Below are positions 22,691 to 35,400 of a stretch of DNA of 64,000 bases, in pieces. Made by a program: the position numbers and the translations under genes. Numbering within the stretch: position 1 is the stretch's first letter; every line of letters begins with the position of its first letter. The stretch comes from Lama guanicoe. Lineage: Eukaryota. Below the pieces are notes generated by a model. It did no database searches. It had not been told where the DNA came from and worked only from the letters and a program-made list of their open reading frames with translations. The DNA lies in NCBI GenBank assembly GCA_013239625.1, contig MU054098.1, positions 2,295,104 through 2,359,103 on the forward strand, read 5' to 3'.

Positions 22691-23599
22691 TATCTAGTCA
22701 GACACTTTCCAAATTTAATTAAATTTTTGAAGAAGGACCTTTCTCCCAAAGTTTTGCCCAAAAGCCATATGTATATAAAAATGGTGCTGATCACTGGTTG
22801 AAAGTGAAGGAGGCCTAGAGCTCTAAGAACTAGGCCTCGATCCTGCTCCCCCGCCAAAGCCCAGTGCAGCCACATTTTGGATCCAGAGACATCACTATGA
22901 ACCTGAAAGTTTCAAACAGATAAAAAACAAAAGAAAAGAAAACATGGCCTTATTTCATTGGAGGATTTGCTCACTGTTTTGAGGTATGTAATAGTTTGAT
23001 AGAGAATTAAGATTAGAAATGAAGGTCAAGTTAAAAAAAATATGGTCACAGGAACAGGTTACAAGATATCTACAGGACAGAGTTATGAACGAGTAGTCAG
23101 AGTAGGGTTGGCATGACAAGAAAAGAAATTGGGTTCCAGGACAAAACACAGTGGGAGAAAGCATAGAGAAGGGGTGCGTGTGCACACACCCCCCCAAAAA
23201 CCTCATTAATTAGATGTAAAACAAAAGGAGCATTTTATTTACTCAATTTAGAGATAGTTGTGGTCTGGAGAACTCTGCCACTGAATGGAGCCTACGTAAT
23301 CTTAAAGGGCAGTAGGCTTGCCATAGGAAACTTGTGTCTTGTCAACAGCTGTATCCTTATCTATTCAAGAAGCTTCTGATCCTGTTAGGAATACTACATC
23401 CCTAGGAGTGGGTTTGTGTATCTTCTGTAGTGTTAAGTTTCCATCTCAACTCAAAATGGGCTATCCACTGGTATTCCTTGTTGCCCCTTCATCAGGCCTT
23501 TTCTCTAGGAGTTCTAGATCTTTCTGACTTTGGGATCAGGGTTCTGGAGGAGAGAACTATTTGACCCACTGCATGATAGTAGACACAAATTCTCTTACT

Positions 23600-23680
23600 T
23601 TATCCATTTGACAGCTGAGGAAACTGATGCTCAAGAAGGTAAATGACTTGTTCAACATAATACAGCATTCAGTGGCAGAA
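23600..23680 (-). mobile_element. MIR fragment
   Basis: ccatttgacagctgaggaaactgatgctcaagaaggtaaatgacttg. Confidence 0.75.
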
Positions 23681-23944
23681 AAGATTCTTAAGTGGTCATT
23701 ACCTAAGGAAACACTGCTTCAAAACAATTCCGTTTTGTTCATATATGATAAAAATTAATTAATTGGCATTTTAGAAGCCAAAATGAGTTCTATGAAAGAG
23801 AAAACCCTTTCTACATTGTTCTTTTGAATTAAGTACACGAGCCAGAATCACTTACTAAAACATGAGCTTCAACTTGAATCAAGTGCTTAATTTTCCAAAT
23901 TCTAGTATTGTTTCTTGAACCATGACCCAAAGAAAATGATTATT

Positions 23945-26640
23945 CATTTCTTTTTATTTAATGTTTAAAATCAAAGTTATACATTTTCCTATTATAATAA
24001 GTCAACTAATTCTACAAGGTTTGTTGGGCCAAACAACAGTCTTTATTCTTCTTCCCTCTTTCCATTTCTCTTTCTCATTAGGAAAGCTTCAAATGTTTTC
24101 ATTGATTTTTTTGCTGCATATATCAATATCTCTAAATTTATATGCTTGTATTGCTAACTCACGACTTTTCAGCTGTAGGCATATCTATTGATGTGACTGG
24201 AAGTTGAAGATATGGTACTATTTCTTTTCCCTACCTACTATAAACATAGGTATCCCTCATCTTTCCAAATTCCCAGTATAATTATATTTAGTTTAGATAT
24301 ATGTTTACGTTATTATGACAATATAGTAACTGTTTACTATTTTTCCTTTGCCACTCAACTTTTTAATTTCCCTGGAAATAATAATTGTCTGGGGTTTCTA
24401 AGTTAGAAATATTTTTTCTTCTTATTTTTTAAACCATAGTTCCATTATCTTCTGGCTTCCTGTTTTACTGTTAGAAAGTCCAAAATCATTTTTGATATTT
24501 TGTTTGTGATTTTCCTCTACCCCATCTCAAAAGCTTGTCAAATCTTCTCTTTGCCCACAATAGCCTGAAATTTCATAATATAATGTGCCTTGCTGTGGGC
24601 TCATTTCCATTCATTGTGCTGGGCACTAACTGGACACTTTACGTACGGAAATTCATAGTCTCCAGTAGGGAAATTTTTCTTGTTTTATTTCACTGATGAT
24701 TTCTTCTTTTACATTTTCTCTGTTGTCACATCTCCTTCTGCATTTTCTATTATTTAGATGTTAGGCTGTCCTTTAACTTTCCTACTTTTTCTCTTTTATT
24801 TTTCCACCTTCTGTCTTTTTGCTATACTTTTGTAAGGTTTTCATATCTTATCTTCCACTCCTTCCACTTTTTTTCATTGTACTATTATGTTTCCAATTAT
24901 TAATTTCCAAGGTTGTGTGTGTGTATGCACATGCAAATGTGTTTACTCTGAATCTCTTTTCACTTTTTATATCATTATCCTTTTCTAATTTCATGAACTC
25001 AATACAAATTTTAGCTCCCTGATGATATTTATGGTAGTGTTTTCTGGGAGGAGGGAATTTTATTCTCCCTATATAGTCTCTGTTCCCTCCATGTTGCCTT
25101 TAACTATTTCTTTGTTTTGATCTCTATTTTTCAAGTTAGAGGCTTTCATCTTTGTAATGCTTGGCTCTCTGATCATTTATTGGTAGAGTAAAGAACTGAC
25201 TGGAAATTCTGAGAGCATGAATGAGACTGCTGACTGAGAGCTTCACTATAGGTAGTATGGCCATATGTTCTTACATTACTGGGACAGTCCAAATCATACC
25301 TGTTGCCTCAGTATAATTATTAATAAAGCCTCCTCTTACTCTCAGAGATGTCCTATTCGCTCTGATAAAATACATGGTCATCCCAAACACAGGGTGATAT
25401 GCCTGAGTTATTTGCTGGGAAACCTGATATCAGTATCTTTAAGTTCTTCCTCTTTGGCTAGTCAAATTTCCCAGGGAATACTCTTTCATTTTCCTACTTA
25501 GAGGTAAATGTCTGACTGCCAACATTTGAGAAACCACCAAAATAAAATGTTAAAAAAATTTAAAGCTTGACTCTCATACAAATCTAGGGTCAAGGAAGAA
25601 CATTTTGAGGAACTAGACATTTATTATAGTCATTTAAGAAGGAATTTTAGAATAAGGCTGCTAGATTCTTAGATATAAAACTGGTCAATGTCCAATAAAG
25701 CAATAAAAACTATAATTTTGAAATTATCTTTTCTTCTGGACAAAAATTATTTGTATCTCTATTGGGTAAAATCTACAAGTTAATATATAACTCCACAGAG
25801 TCTGAGCCCTTAATATAAATAGCAAAGTCAAATGTAGGTATATTTCCCTAGATAATTAAATCATCCTTGGGTGAGCTTCTTAAACAATGCTCCACATGAC
25901 ATCAAAAGGACATGCTACACTCTTCTACTAATTTTTCTGAATAGACTTAGAGGGAGAAAAAGCCTGGGGTTTTGGCATTCAGGAGTCATTTCACATAATC
26001 CCATGGTATTTATGATATTCAAGCTGTCAGCTGTTCATGGTATCCTACAGTCCAGAGACTCTATATTTTACCATTTCTTGAGAATAAATCTCTAGTTTCT
26101 GCTGAGGTAGAGGAAGGGCAGTGACCTAGAAGTGTGGAGTTGAGGGAGTGGATCTAGGGATCTATTTCTTAAACAGCTTCCCATCAATCCTCCTTTAATA
26201 GTTTCTACTTTATGCCCAATGCCAAAGGAACATGGTGCTTCCAACTGTAATCTTTTTGATGATTCTAACCTTGGTCTATTTGTTTCCATCTTCCAAAATA
26301 TTCTTATGGTCTTCCTTCTATTTCTCTCCATCCCTGTGGGTTTTATGCCTCTAAAAAATATTCTTTTACTGTAGTTTAGAAGCATTTTAGGAGGTTTAAT
26401 AAACTCCACAGTATAAGCTGCTAAGATTTCCCAGTGAACATGACTTTAATCTCCTGTCTGCAGAGTAAAGATCTGACTGCTAACTTTCCAAGAGTTAAGT
26501 AGGGGAAGAAGGCAGGTGGTTTATGACTTCACTATGTATAGATTCATTCAGTTTCCCTGGTTTTGGTACAGTATCCTTGTCCTTGTCTGAATTACACCAG
26601 AAGCTTTCACCGGATCCAAGAAATGGGAAAAAATCTTGGA
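23945..26640 (-). mobile_element. decayed ancient L1 (L1M/L1ME-type), fragmented
   Basis: long T-rich strand-biased tract; ttccattatcttctggcttcctgttttactgttagaaagtcc and tgaaatttcataatataatgtgccttgctgtggg are typical antisense L1 ORF1-region remnants; probably interrupted at ~25.55-25.95 kb. Confidence 0.65.
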
Positions 26641-27154
26641 GTGAAATTAAATGCATGTGTTCAATCCACCAGCATTCTGACACCCAAAGTTTGATTATTT
26701 AGTTCCTTTTATTAAAAACTACATAGGTGACTATAAATAAGAAAATGTAGGTGCTCAAACTGTTGACTTGGGAGAAAAACAAATGTGCATTTTGTGAACT
26801 GAACATTTTATTCATTTCCACACCAGAAAATATGCACAGCTAAGGCTGAGTTAAGTACATATACAAATCATAATACAGTGCCTAGCACTCAGTAACTATT
26901 ATTTGTTACTATTATCTGTAAATAACTAGTTTGATAGGCAAATTGTAATGAACTGATGAGCTTTATCAGCAGCCCCATATCCTGTGTATTAAGACATCCA
27001 TCTATTTTCCTTTGCTTTTCATTATACACTTTAAATTAACTTAATAAACCATATGGTTCAAATTGTGAGCTTTAATTCAGTCTGTGAGGCTTTCTGCTTC
27101 ATGACCTCTGGGATAGCCTGCCTTGTAGCATGCTTGGAGATGACCCTGGCATCA

Positions 27155-27400
27155 AGGTAATTTCCCACTCTGAGAGGTTCTGAGGTCAAATTAATTTTTA
27201 AGTATTGGATAAGACTAACAGATTTCCTTACCGCAAAATTATTGAGCACTTTTAGTGTGGAGTATGACTCTTTAACAAGGAGATACAGTATGCTTGATTT
27301 CCCAAACTTTCTGACAATGTAAACCTTTTTTTTTTCTTTTCCCCAGGAGCATCTCATGAGACTAATGTTCCACAGACCAAACTTTAGAAAAGGCTTCATT
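27155..27400. mobile_element. hAT-Charlie MITE, MER103-like
   Basis: ggagatacagtatgcttgatttcccaaactttctgac...catctcatgagactaatgttccacagaccaaactttagaaa. Confidence 0.6.
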
Positions 27401-27739
27401 AAGAAAATAGATACTGCCATCTTGGTGCCTTTTCAACATCAATCTCTTGTTCATGTTTCCTTTCACTCCTGCCCCTGAGCAAAATGACTGGATTTACTGA
27501 CACACTTTAGCGAAGAATATGGTGGAGGTTGTCACAGGGTGACTGATTTGAGTAAATGTCCTCTTCCTTTAAATTGAAAGCCGAATGTAGGGAAAAGAAA
27601 ACCCATAGAGACTAACGAATGAAGACCTCTGAGACCTTCTGAAAGACAACCAGAAAACGCAAAAACAGCTGGTGAGTCAGGCTCAGAAGTGAACTACTAA
27701 GGCTCCCAGAGGCTCCCCAGAGGGAATAACAGCCAAATG

Positions 27740-27965
27740 AGCTGAGTGCTTACTCTGTACTATTTTCTTTTCAAACACTGATCATTTCATTTTTTCTTCT
27801 AACAATCCTGAGAGATTGGTACTAGTTTTTTCCTAATTTTACCAGTGTTACTGATACACAGAAAAGTATGTAATTTACACAAGATCATATGGTTAGCAAA
27901 TTTCAGCACCTGCATTTGAACCCCAGTTTGTATGTCTCCACAGGTCATGCTTTTAACCACCATGT
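27740..27965 (-). mobile_element. MIR SINE
   Basis: aagtatgtaatttacacaagatcatatgg...atttgaaccccagtttg...tgcttttaaccac. Confidence 0.75.
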
Positions 27966-28267
27966 TGAATTCTCTCATTGAAGAAGCTACTAAAAGTCTA
28001 TCATGACAGTTCCAGGCAAAGGGCCATAATTAACTTTAGGGCTAGCCTAAGGCTGGTCTAACTGGCATAGTCCCACCTTTAACCACAACACATCCTCCCC
28101 TGGAGGGAGACCCAGAACTTTATTCAGCTCTCTGCCTGGTTCTTAGATGTGAATCTGGTGACTTCAAGATTATTTTTTTCTAGCTAGCTCTCAGACAGTG
28201 ATCACACTGGACAAAAGCAGAAAAACTAGATCAAATTAATGTGTTAATAGCAAATATGGCCCAATGA

Positions 28268-28525
28268 AGCAGTAAAATGTGATGAGTAACATGCACATGC
28301 TGATGCCAAAGTACTTGGGTTTGAATCCTGGCTCTTCTATTTATCAGCTGTATGGTTTTCAAAAATTCCTTAATTTCTCTGTGCCTCAGTTTTGTCACCT
28401 ATGAAATGGGGATAATCATAGGATCTTTCTCACAAGACTGTTGTAAGGATTAAATGAGTGAAAATATGTAAAGCACTTAGAACAGTGTCTGGCTCATGAT
28501 ACAAGCTCTATTTGTTTTAGTTATG
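28268..28525 (+). mobile_element. near full-length MIR
   Basis: ttgggtttgaatcctggctc...tctctgtgcctcagttttgtcacctatgaaatggggataat...aaagcacttagaacagtgtctggc. Confidence 0.92.
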
Positions 28526-29243
28526 CTCATCATCCCACTATTAGGGCTATTATTATTTGATTATGGGAAACTTTATAGAGCCAAAAAATAAATTTCAAAA
28601 ACTAGAATTTCAGGTTACAAGCACTCTGAAAGAAATCAGAAACACAGGAATTACTCTGTAAGTAAAGACCACATGGAAAGGGAGACCCTAACCTTCTAGT
28701 ACTGTCAAGTGGTTACGAGCCTAGGATCTTTCCTTCGTACTAGTGCCCTGCCTCTTGAGTCTTACTCTGTAGCTATGGATGTGACTTAGGAGATTCTTTC
28801 AATCCTACTCACTTCTGCTCTTTTGTGTTCTTAACCTTGCTCCCTGTTTGATCCTTAATATTGTATTCATTTGGCAAAACTGATCTTTCTCAGTCAGGAG
28901 GTTGGCTCTTTATTTTATAACTACTCTTCATTAGCTTTTTGCCCTTTAAAATAGAAGTTTGTGTTATTGCTATTTCAAAATACAGGCCACGTTTTCTAAT
29001 TAAACACTACAAATCCCCTGAAGTGTTTACAGCATGGACTCAGCCTACTTCTAAAGGAAATACATCTTTCTACAGAAAATAGCAAGACAGCCTCCTGAGA
29101 AGGTCCCCACCAGCCTTGCAGATTCAATGTATCTCACATCAAGTTTGCCTTCCCCTCCAGACCCGCCCCCCTCCCTTCCCATTTGCTCCCTGTACACCAC
29201 ATCTGAACTGCCCCTGTAGAAAGCAAGCCTTCCTCACTAAGGA

Positions 29244-29470
29244 ACAGTGGCTAAGAGCCTCACAGGGCTTTAGAGTCAGACAGACCAGGATTTGACTTAT
29301 TTGCTAGTGGTGTGACCTTAGACCCATTACTAACTAGGATTCATCTGAACCTCGATTTCCTTTTCTATGGAATGAGGATAATACCATTTACCCCCTCACA
29401 GGATGTCTGAGGATTAAATGAGATTAAATATGTAAAACCCTCAGTGTAGTGCCTGACACATAATAGTAGC
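29244..29470 (+). mobile_element. near full-length MIR
   Basis: gggctttagagtcagacagacc...gaggattaaatgagattaaatatgtaaaac. Confidence 0.9.
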
Positions 29471-29693
29471 CAATATTTACTGAGGTTTGCTACACGCCAG
29501 GCAGTGTTCTAGCACTTTTTCCGTATATTTATTTAATCCTCACAATTCTATGGCATAGTTACTACTGTTAACCTCATTTTGCAACGGAGAAGATTCAGGT
29601 ATAGAAAGTTAAAGTTACTTACACAAGGTCACAAAGCAGAACTGGTGTTCAAGTCAAGGCAGCTCAGCTCCACAAGTCATGCTCTTAACCACT
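29471..29693 (-). mobile_element. near full-length MIR, tail-to-tail with the previous copy
   Basis: atttaatcctcacaattctatgg...aagttaaagttacttacacaaggtcaca...tgctcttaaccact. Confidence 0.9.
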
Positions 29694-29749
29694 CCGACCC
29701 TTCCACCTTCCCTGCTGTGTGCCCTCAAAACTCTCAACACCACTTTTCA

Positions 29750-29987
29750 CAAATGATGGCACTTACTGAATGCTACAAGCCAGAGACTGTGCTGAAGGCT
29801 TTGTAGGCAAGATGTTAATTAATCCTAAACCCGCTGAGGTATGAATGCTTGTTTCCACTGTATAGATGAAGAACCTGAGGCACAAAGAGGTGAGGAAACT
29901 TACTTAAAGTGACCCAGTTAGGAAGTGACAGTCAGATTCCAATCCCAAATCTGTGTGGCTTTAAAAACCTGTGCTCCTAGGCACTGC
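29750..29987 (-). mobile_element. MIR SINE
   Basis: tagatgaagaacctgaggcacaaagaggtgagg. Confidence 0.85.
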
Positions 29988-30829
29988 AATTCACCTTCCT
30001 GAAAGTTCTTCCTCTTAAGGGGAAAAGAGTGTTCCTGATTTTAAGGTTTTTGTGCAGTTTGTTATCATCAGATGGTGACTATCCATAGATATTGAAAACG
30101 ATTTTGTTAAATGGAAGGGTTCTCTTGTCATGAGATTTCACCTGGATATCGAAATGCTAAGGTGGTACACTTAGGTCAAGGAGAGCGTCATAACTAATGC
30201 CTTCAACTGTGAATATTAATTTTAGGCTCTAAATGGCCACATGGATCCTGGAAAGCAAAAGTCTGGGAAACAGTCCTTAATACTCTACTCTCAACTGTTT
30301 CAGCTTTAAATGCATTCTTTCCAAAGACTATATGGTGTGTGAAATAGACAGGCTATACTGTTAAGTGACCAAAGAAAGAATTAGAAGTGACGGTGCCATT
30401 CTTTTACTCAAAAGCCCTATAGAATGCAAATCAGTACATTCAGGTTGACATTCAAGAGTCTTCACATTAACAGCCCAACTTACCTCCTCAAAAATGAAAC
30501 CTATATTTAATCAAACCTTTCTATTTACTGCTACTAAGTACACCTTTTGCAATTCCTGCCTCTGGATCTAAATCCGTGCCTACTGCTTTGCTCTCCTCCA
30601 TGGCCTCCCATCCAGGCCCAGCTTGACATCATGTCTCAGATGAACCCCAACTCACAACAACCCCTTTGCTTCAAATTTCACAACTGAATTTCCCTATAGA
30701 AAATAACATTAGATATGATCATTTGTGCAGGGCCAGCAAACCAGAAGAACTAACTCATGAACTCTTGAATTTCTTGACCTCTTTCAAGAAAATTTCTGCA
30801 ACATCATGATTTTTAAATCGTTTAATGAT

Positions 30830-30975
30830 TGAACATCTCGTCTCCAAAACAATATCATAAACTCCTCATGGGCAGGAAACATGTGTTCCTTCAACTCTTC
30901 TTTTCTTAAGTGATCATAGCTTCTACCTCAGTTCTAGGTACACAAGAGGTTTTTATTAAATGCCTAATGAATAAA
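30830..30975 (+). mobile_element. L2 3' end
   Basis: taaactcctcatgggcaggaaacatgtg...tattaaatgcctaatgaataaa. Confidence 0.7.
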
Positions 30976-32719
30976 GGAAAGAAACAGTCGTGCTATGTGC
31001 AAACATCTAAAAAGCACATTCAAAAGCAATTAATTGTCTGGATGAGCAGTCACAGAACAAACAGTAAATTAAGCAGTTGGCTTGGGGCAATTTGGTCTCT
31101 ACCAGTTCCTGCCAAACTTTTAAAATGTGCAAACTTTCAAGGATTTATTTTCTTATCTTGCTCCTTTTGAAAGATTGATCTCAAAACAGCTCAGGCTTTG
31201 GACCATTTTCTAGTCATTGCTAATCTCTCAATTCTTCCATTTGATCCTTTTGTCTCTGAAAGCCCTGCTTGTTCTCCTTAATCCCATCAGAGAGGATCAA
31301 GTTAGTTCCCATTGTGCTGTTCTTATCTCTGTTCTGCAAACCCTAACTGATGTGGACTACTGTTGTTCCATTCTGGTTTTTCCTCCTTCTAGGACCGCAT
31401 TTTTCAGAGTAGCTACACAGCTTAGGGTGGGTGCCTCATTGATTCTTGACTGTACCTCTTTACCCCTGAGGAACTATGATCACTGATAGCACAGCTGGTC
31501 TATGCATCGGTTACCTCTGTTATCGAAGGGCCTTTTTTAAAAAGGCCTTAAAAAAAATCTCACTGCCCTTCAAATGCTCCTGCTTTATAGCCTGGGATAT
31601 AGCAAAGAAGTGGCATTTTGCATTACTCATTTCTCTAGGTTAAGGCTTGAGAGAGCCCCATTCTCTTCAACTGTACCTTCCTTCCTCCAGGCAGAACTCT
31701 TTTCCCCTTTCAGACACCAAACATTATCATGCCACCTCCTAATTGACAACTCATTTTCCCTTCAGGCCTGTCTGCTAGCTGTCTCGATAAGAAGGATTTA
31801 GCCCTGGAAAGACAGAAAAAAAGAATGAAATAATAGGCTAATCCAGTTATAGCTATTGGAACCATTGCCCAAACTCTACAACCTCTCTTCTTCTCATCAA
31901 AATTTCCCTGTCCTATGTCTCCCTCCCTAGGAATCTGGCTGGCTAATGACACTGTCATAAAAATTAATCTGAGCAAAGGCACTAATGACTAATACTATTT
32001 TAAAGTACTCTGCTCTAGATTATGTTAATCAAAACGGTCATTTGTTTTCAACAGAGTTGAAAAACGGAACTCCAGATATGTAACTACATTTTTAAACTAG
32101 TAAATGTTTCATAGTTTTGTAGTATTGTAAAAAGAGCTTTAGTTCATCACTGATAATTAAAAAAAATTATCCAAACTAGCCATGGCACCTCAGGAGATTC
32201 CAAAGTGCCTAGCCAATAGGTTAATTCTTTCACCTTCCAACTGGCAGATGTGACCCCAATGGATGTGGTTAAACTTTCTCACCTAAAGGTAGACTTTCCC
32301 AATAGAGTTCTTCCAGGGTGTCAGAAAAAGGGGACTTGACAAGAGCTGAAGAGGGAAGGGAGTGGTTCCTCTCTAAGGAGGCTGCCAATAATTCGACTTG
32401 AATTATACCATAAATGGTCTCACCTAGCATTCTAATTATTCTCCTCTGTAATTAACCCTGTTCATGCCACAGAGCTATGAACAATTATCTTTTTCCTTGG
32501 AGGGAACACCATGCTTTAAGATTACTGCAATATATGGCTAGAAATGAACTGGACAATAAGATGAAGAGAAAAGTGAGCTCCAGAATTCAAATGATTATCA
32601 ATAATGCTTAGATGATTGGTTCAGTGCACTTGGTTTGAAAATGAATTATCTTGCGGCTTGGGATTAAAATAAGGCAATTAAGTGAAAAATCACAGGAGCA
32701 AATTCTACGTCTATATCTG

Positions 32720-32945
32720 GGAGACAGGCTTTCAAGACAAAGAGATCTGGTTTGTCAAGCCCAGTCTCTATCAAGTGTGTGATTCTAAATTTTTTTATTT
32801 AACTTGGTTGAACCTCAGTTTCTTCAACAGAAAAACAGGCATAAAATTACCTACCTCCCAGAGTTATTAAGTGTTACTGAGTATTAAATTGCATAATGGA
32901 TATAACAAGTCTAGTACATATGGGAAGTACTTAATAAGGACTAAT
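32720..32945 (+). mobile_element. MIR SINE
   Basis: tgaacctcagtttcttcaacagaaaaacaggcataaaattacctacctcccagagtt. Confidence 0.75.
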
Positions 32946-33394
32946 TCCCCTCTCTTCTTTTTCCCGATATGAAGTGTGTGTTTGAGCAAAAGCTTTGGAA
33001 ACCTCTGCTATTAGAGCAAGAAGAAACTGAGAATTCATCTTGTTCAATTATTTCACTTTTGCAGATTAGAAAACAAAAGTTCAGAAAATTTGTGTGTGCC
33101 ATACTGGGCTGTATTATAAACTAGGAATGGGGCTATGAATTCCTACCTCAATGTTGTGAGGAAGTCCATAATTCACCCCTCATTATCCATCCCTATCCAT
33201 ATCAGGAACCTAGAAAAGAGGTATTCTTCTCCAATCTTTCCTTAGATTGTCTGCTTAATCCAGTTTTATAATTTAAATGGATAATTACCCACCTGCAGCT
33301 TGCAACGTCCATAGCTATTTACCAAGTGAATTTCCTAAACAGCTCTCAGAATTACTTAGGACAGGGTTACAGTCAAGTGGATACAATGAGGTGC

Positions 33395-35400
33395 CAGGAT
33401 TCTAGAGACAAGAAATGTCATGGAGATGGAACTGACAGAACCTGAAACTCTGCCTTCAAGTGGCAGAAGGCAGTGGGAGGAAGATGTCTGAGGTTTGGAG
33501 CTTAAATGACTGGCAAAATGATGCTGCTGCTAACAGACATTTGGAAGTTGAGAACAGGAGTGGATTAGCTGTGGAGATAAAGAAGATGAGTTCATTTTGG
33601 GACATGTTGTATTTGAGGTACCAGTGGAACATTCAGGCAGTGATGCCTGGGAGGCAGAGTTACGGCTAGTCTTATTGGAGCTTTTGTGTGAATATTTCAC
33701 AAGGTGAATAGTTCACAAGGTGAACTCTTCAGGTAGACAGTCCTGAGAACAAGACTTAGTCAGTGGACAGACAGCACTTTCATGTGAGCAAAAACACTCC
33801 CCTTTATTCTAATGTCTTTAGTCTAATGCAGCCTGGTACAGGATTTGGTGAGCAGGGCACCAGCTAGATTAAGGCCCCCACTTTCTTCAGAACCATTTGC
33901 AGTTACTCTGCCAGTAGCCAACTGGAGATGTGATTCTGGAGTTCAGAGGAAATATCTGGGCTGGATGTGGAGATTTGGGAGTCATGAGCTTATAGGTGAG
34001 AGTTGAAACTGCTCGGAGAAAGGATACATAAAGACAAAGAGAAATGGCCTTATGGGCTTGGGTGTCTGAGAGTTTTAGAAGGTTGTTTACCATCCACTAA
34101 TTGTTTTGGTTATTTCATTTGTTGACAGAATAAGCCATGTGGATACATGGGGGAAAATCCTTCCAGGTAGAGGTAACAATAAGGAAAAAGACCTGTAAGC
34201 AGGAATATGACTGGCACTGGCATGTTCTAGAAAGAGCCAGGGGACTAGTGTGGCTAGAGCAAAGTAAGCAAAAGGGGGGAATTACTGGAAATTAGATTAG
34301 AGTAGGTAAAGGGTGGGGATTACTGCCAGATTAAATAGGATCTTACAGATCATTGTAAGAACTATGCTTTTCATCTAAGCGAAACGGGAGCCACTGGAGA
34401 GTTTTGAATGGAGGAGTGGCATGGTTTGACTGAGGTTTCAAAAGGTTCACTCACACTTCTGTGTGGAAAGTAAAATGTAGGGGTACAGAGGAGAAACAGG
34501 CAGCCTAGTTAGAGGAGTCTTCTGTAATGATCCAGACTTGAAATCATGTTGCCTGGACCAGGATGGCAATGGAAATTGTGAAAAGTGATTGAACTCTGGA
34601 TATATTCTATAATACCAACATAGTTTCCTTAAGTACTGGATGTGGAGGGAGAGCAAAAGGAGAGAGAGGGGATTCAAGGATGGAGCTGACATTTACTAAG
34701 GTGGGAAAGACCATGGGAGAAACAGGTTTGGAGGTGAAGGTGAGGAATTCAGTTCTGGAAGCATGAATCTTCAAATTACAGAAGAGGTCTGGGCTGGGGA
34801 TTATCAAATTGAGAGTCATCATCTTATGCTTAGCATTTAAAGCCATGAATCTAGATAAGATCACCAAAGGAATGAGTAGACAAGTAAAGAGTTGGGAGAT
34901 GTAACCCTGGGGATCACAGAGATTAGAGGACACAGAGAGGAAGAGGAATCAGTAAAGGAGACAGAAGGAGCAGCCAGTGAGGTAAGAGGAGAACCAGAAG
35001 AGTGCTAAGTCCTGGAAGTCGAGAAAAGAAAACATCTAAGGAACTAAACAAAGAAGAACAAACCAAATCCAAAGTTAGTAGAAGGAAAGAAATCATAAAG
35101 ATTGGAGCAGGAAAAAAAAATGAAATAGAGACAAGAAAACAACAGAAAAGATCAATGAAACTAACTAGAGAAAGAATATGGGTATATTTGTGGGTAGGTG
35201 GGTAGATATGGGAGTCTGTGGGAGTTCTCTTCTGAGTGCTTCAGAAGGTCAGCTCTTCTGAGGGGCTTGAGGGAAGCAGTGTTGGAGGTTTGAGGAAGAA
35301 GGAAAAGTATCAAGAGTGAGAGAGTGAATGAACCAAGGAGATGTATGGGAGTGGTGGTCAGCACCAAGGGCCCAGTTGAGATTAATGGTTGGGAATATGA
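33395..35400 (-). mobile_element. cluster of L2 fragments (33395-33670, 33910-34080, 34130-35030, 35166-35400)
   Basis: ggagccactggagagttttgaatggaggagtggcatgg; gaggtctgggctggggattatcaaattgagagtcatc...atttaaagccatga. Confidence 0.8.
35036..35165 (+). mobile_element. isolated internal L1 ORF2 fragment
   Basis: translates to KELNKEEQTKSKVSRRKEIIKI...NEIETRK, the L1 ORF2 region between EN and RT; no 3' UTR or poly-A. Confidence 0.85.

Noticed and set aside
31529..31547. ggccttttttaaaaaggcc near-palindrome
   Set aside because: Mostly homopolymer; isolated and expected by chance
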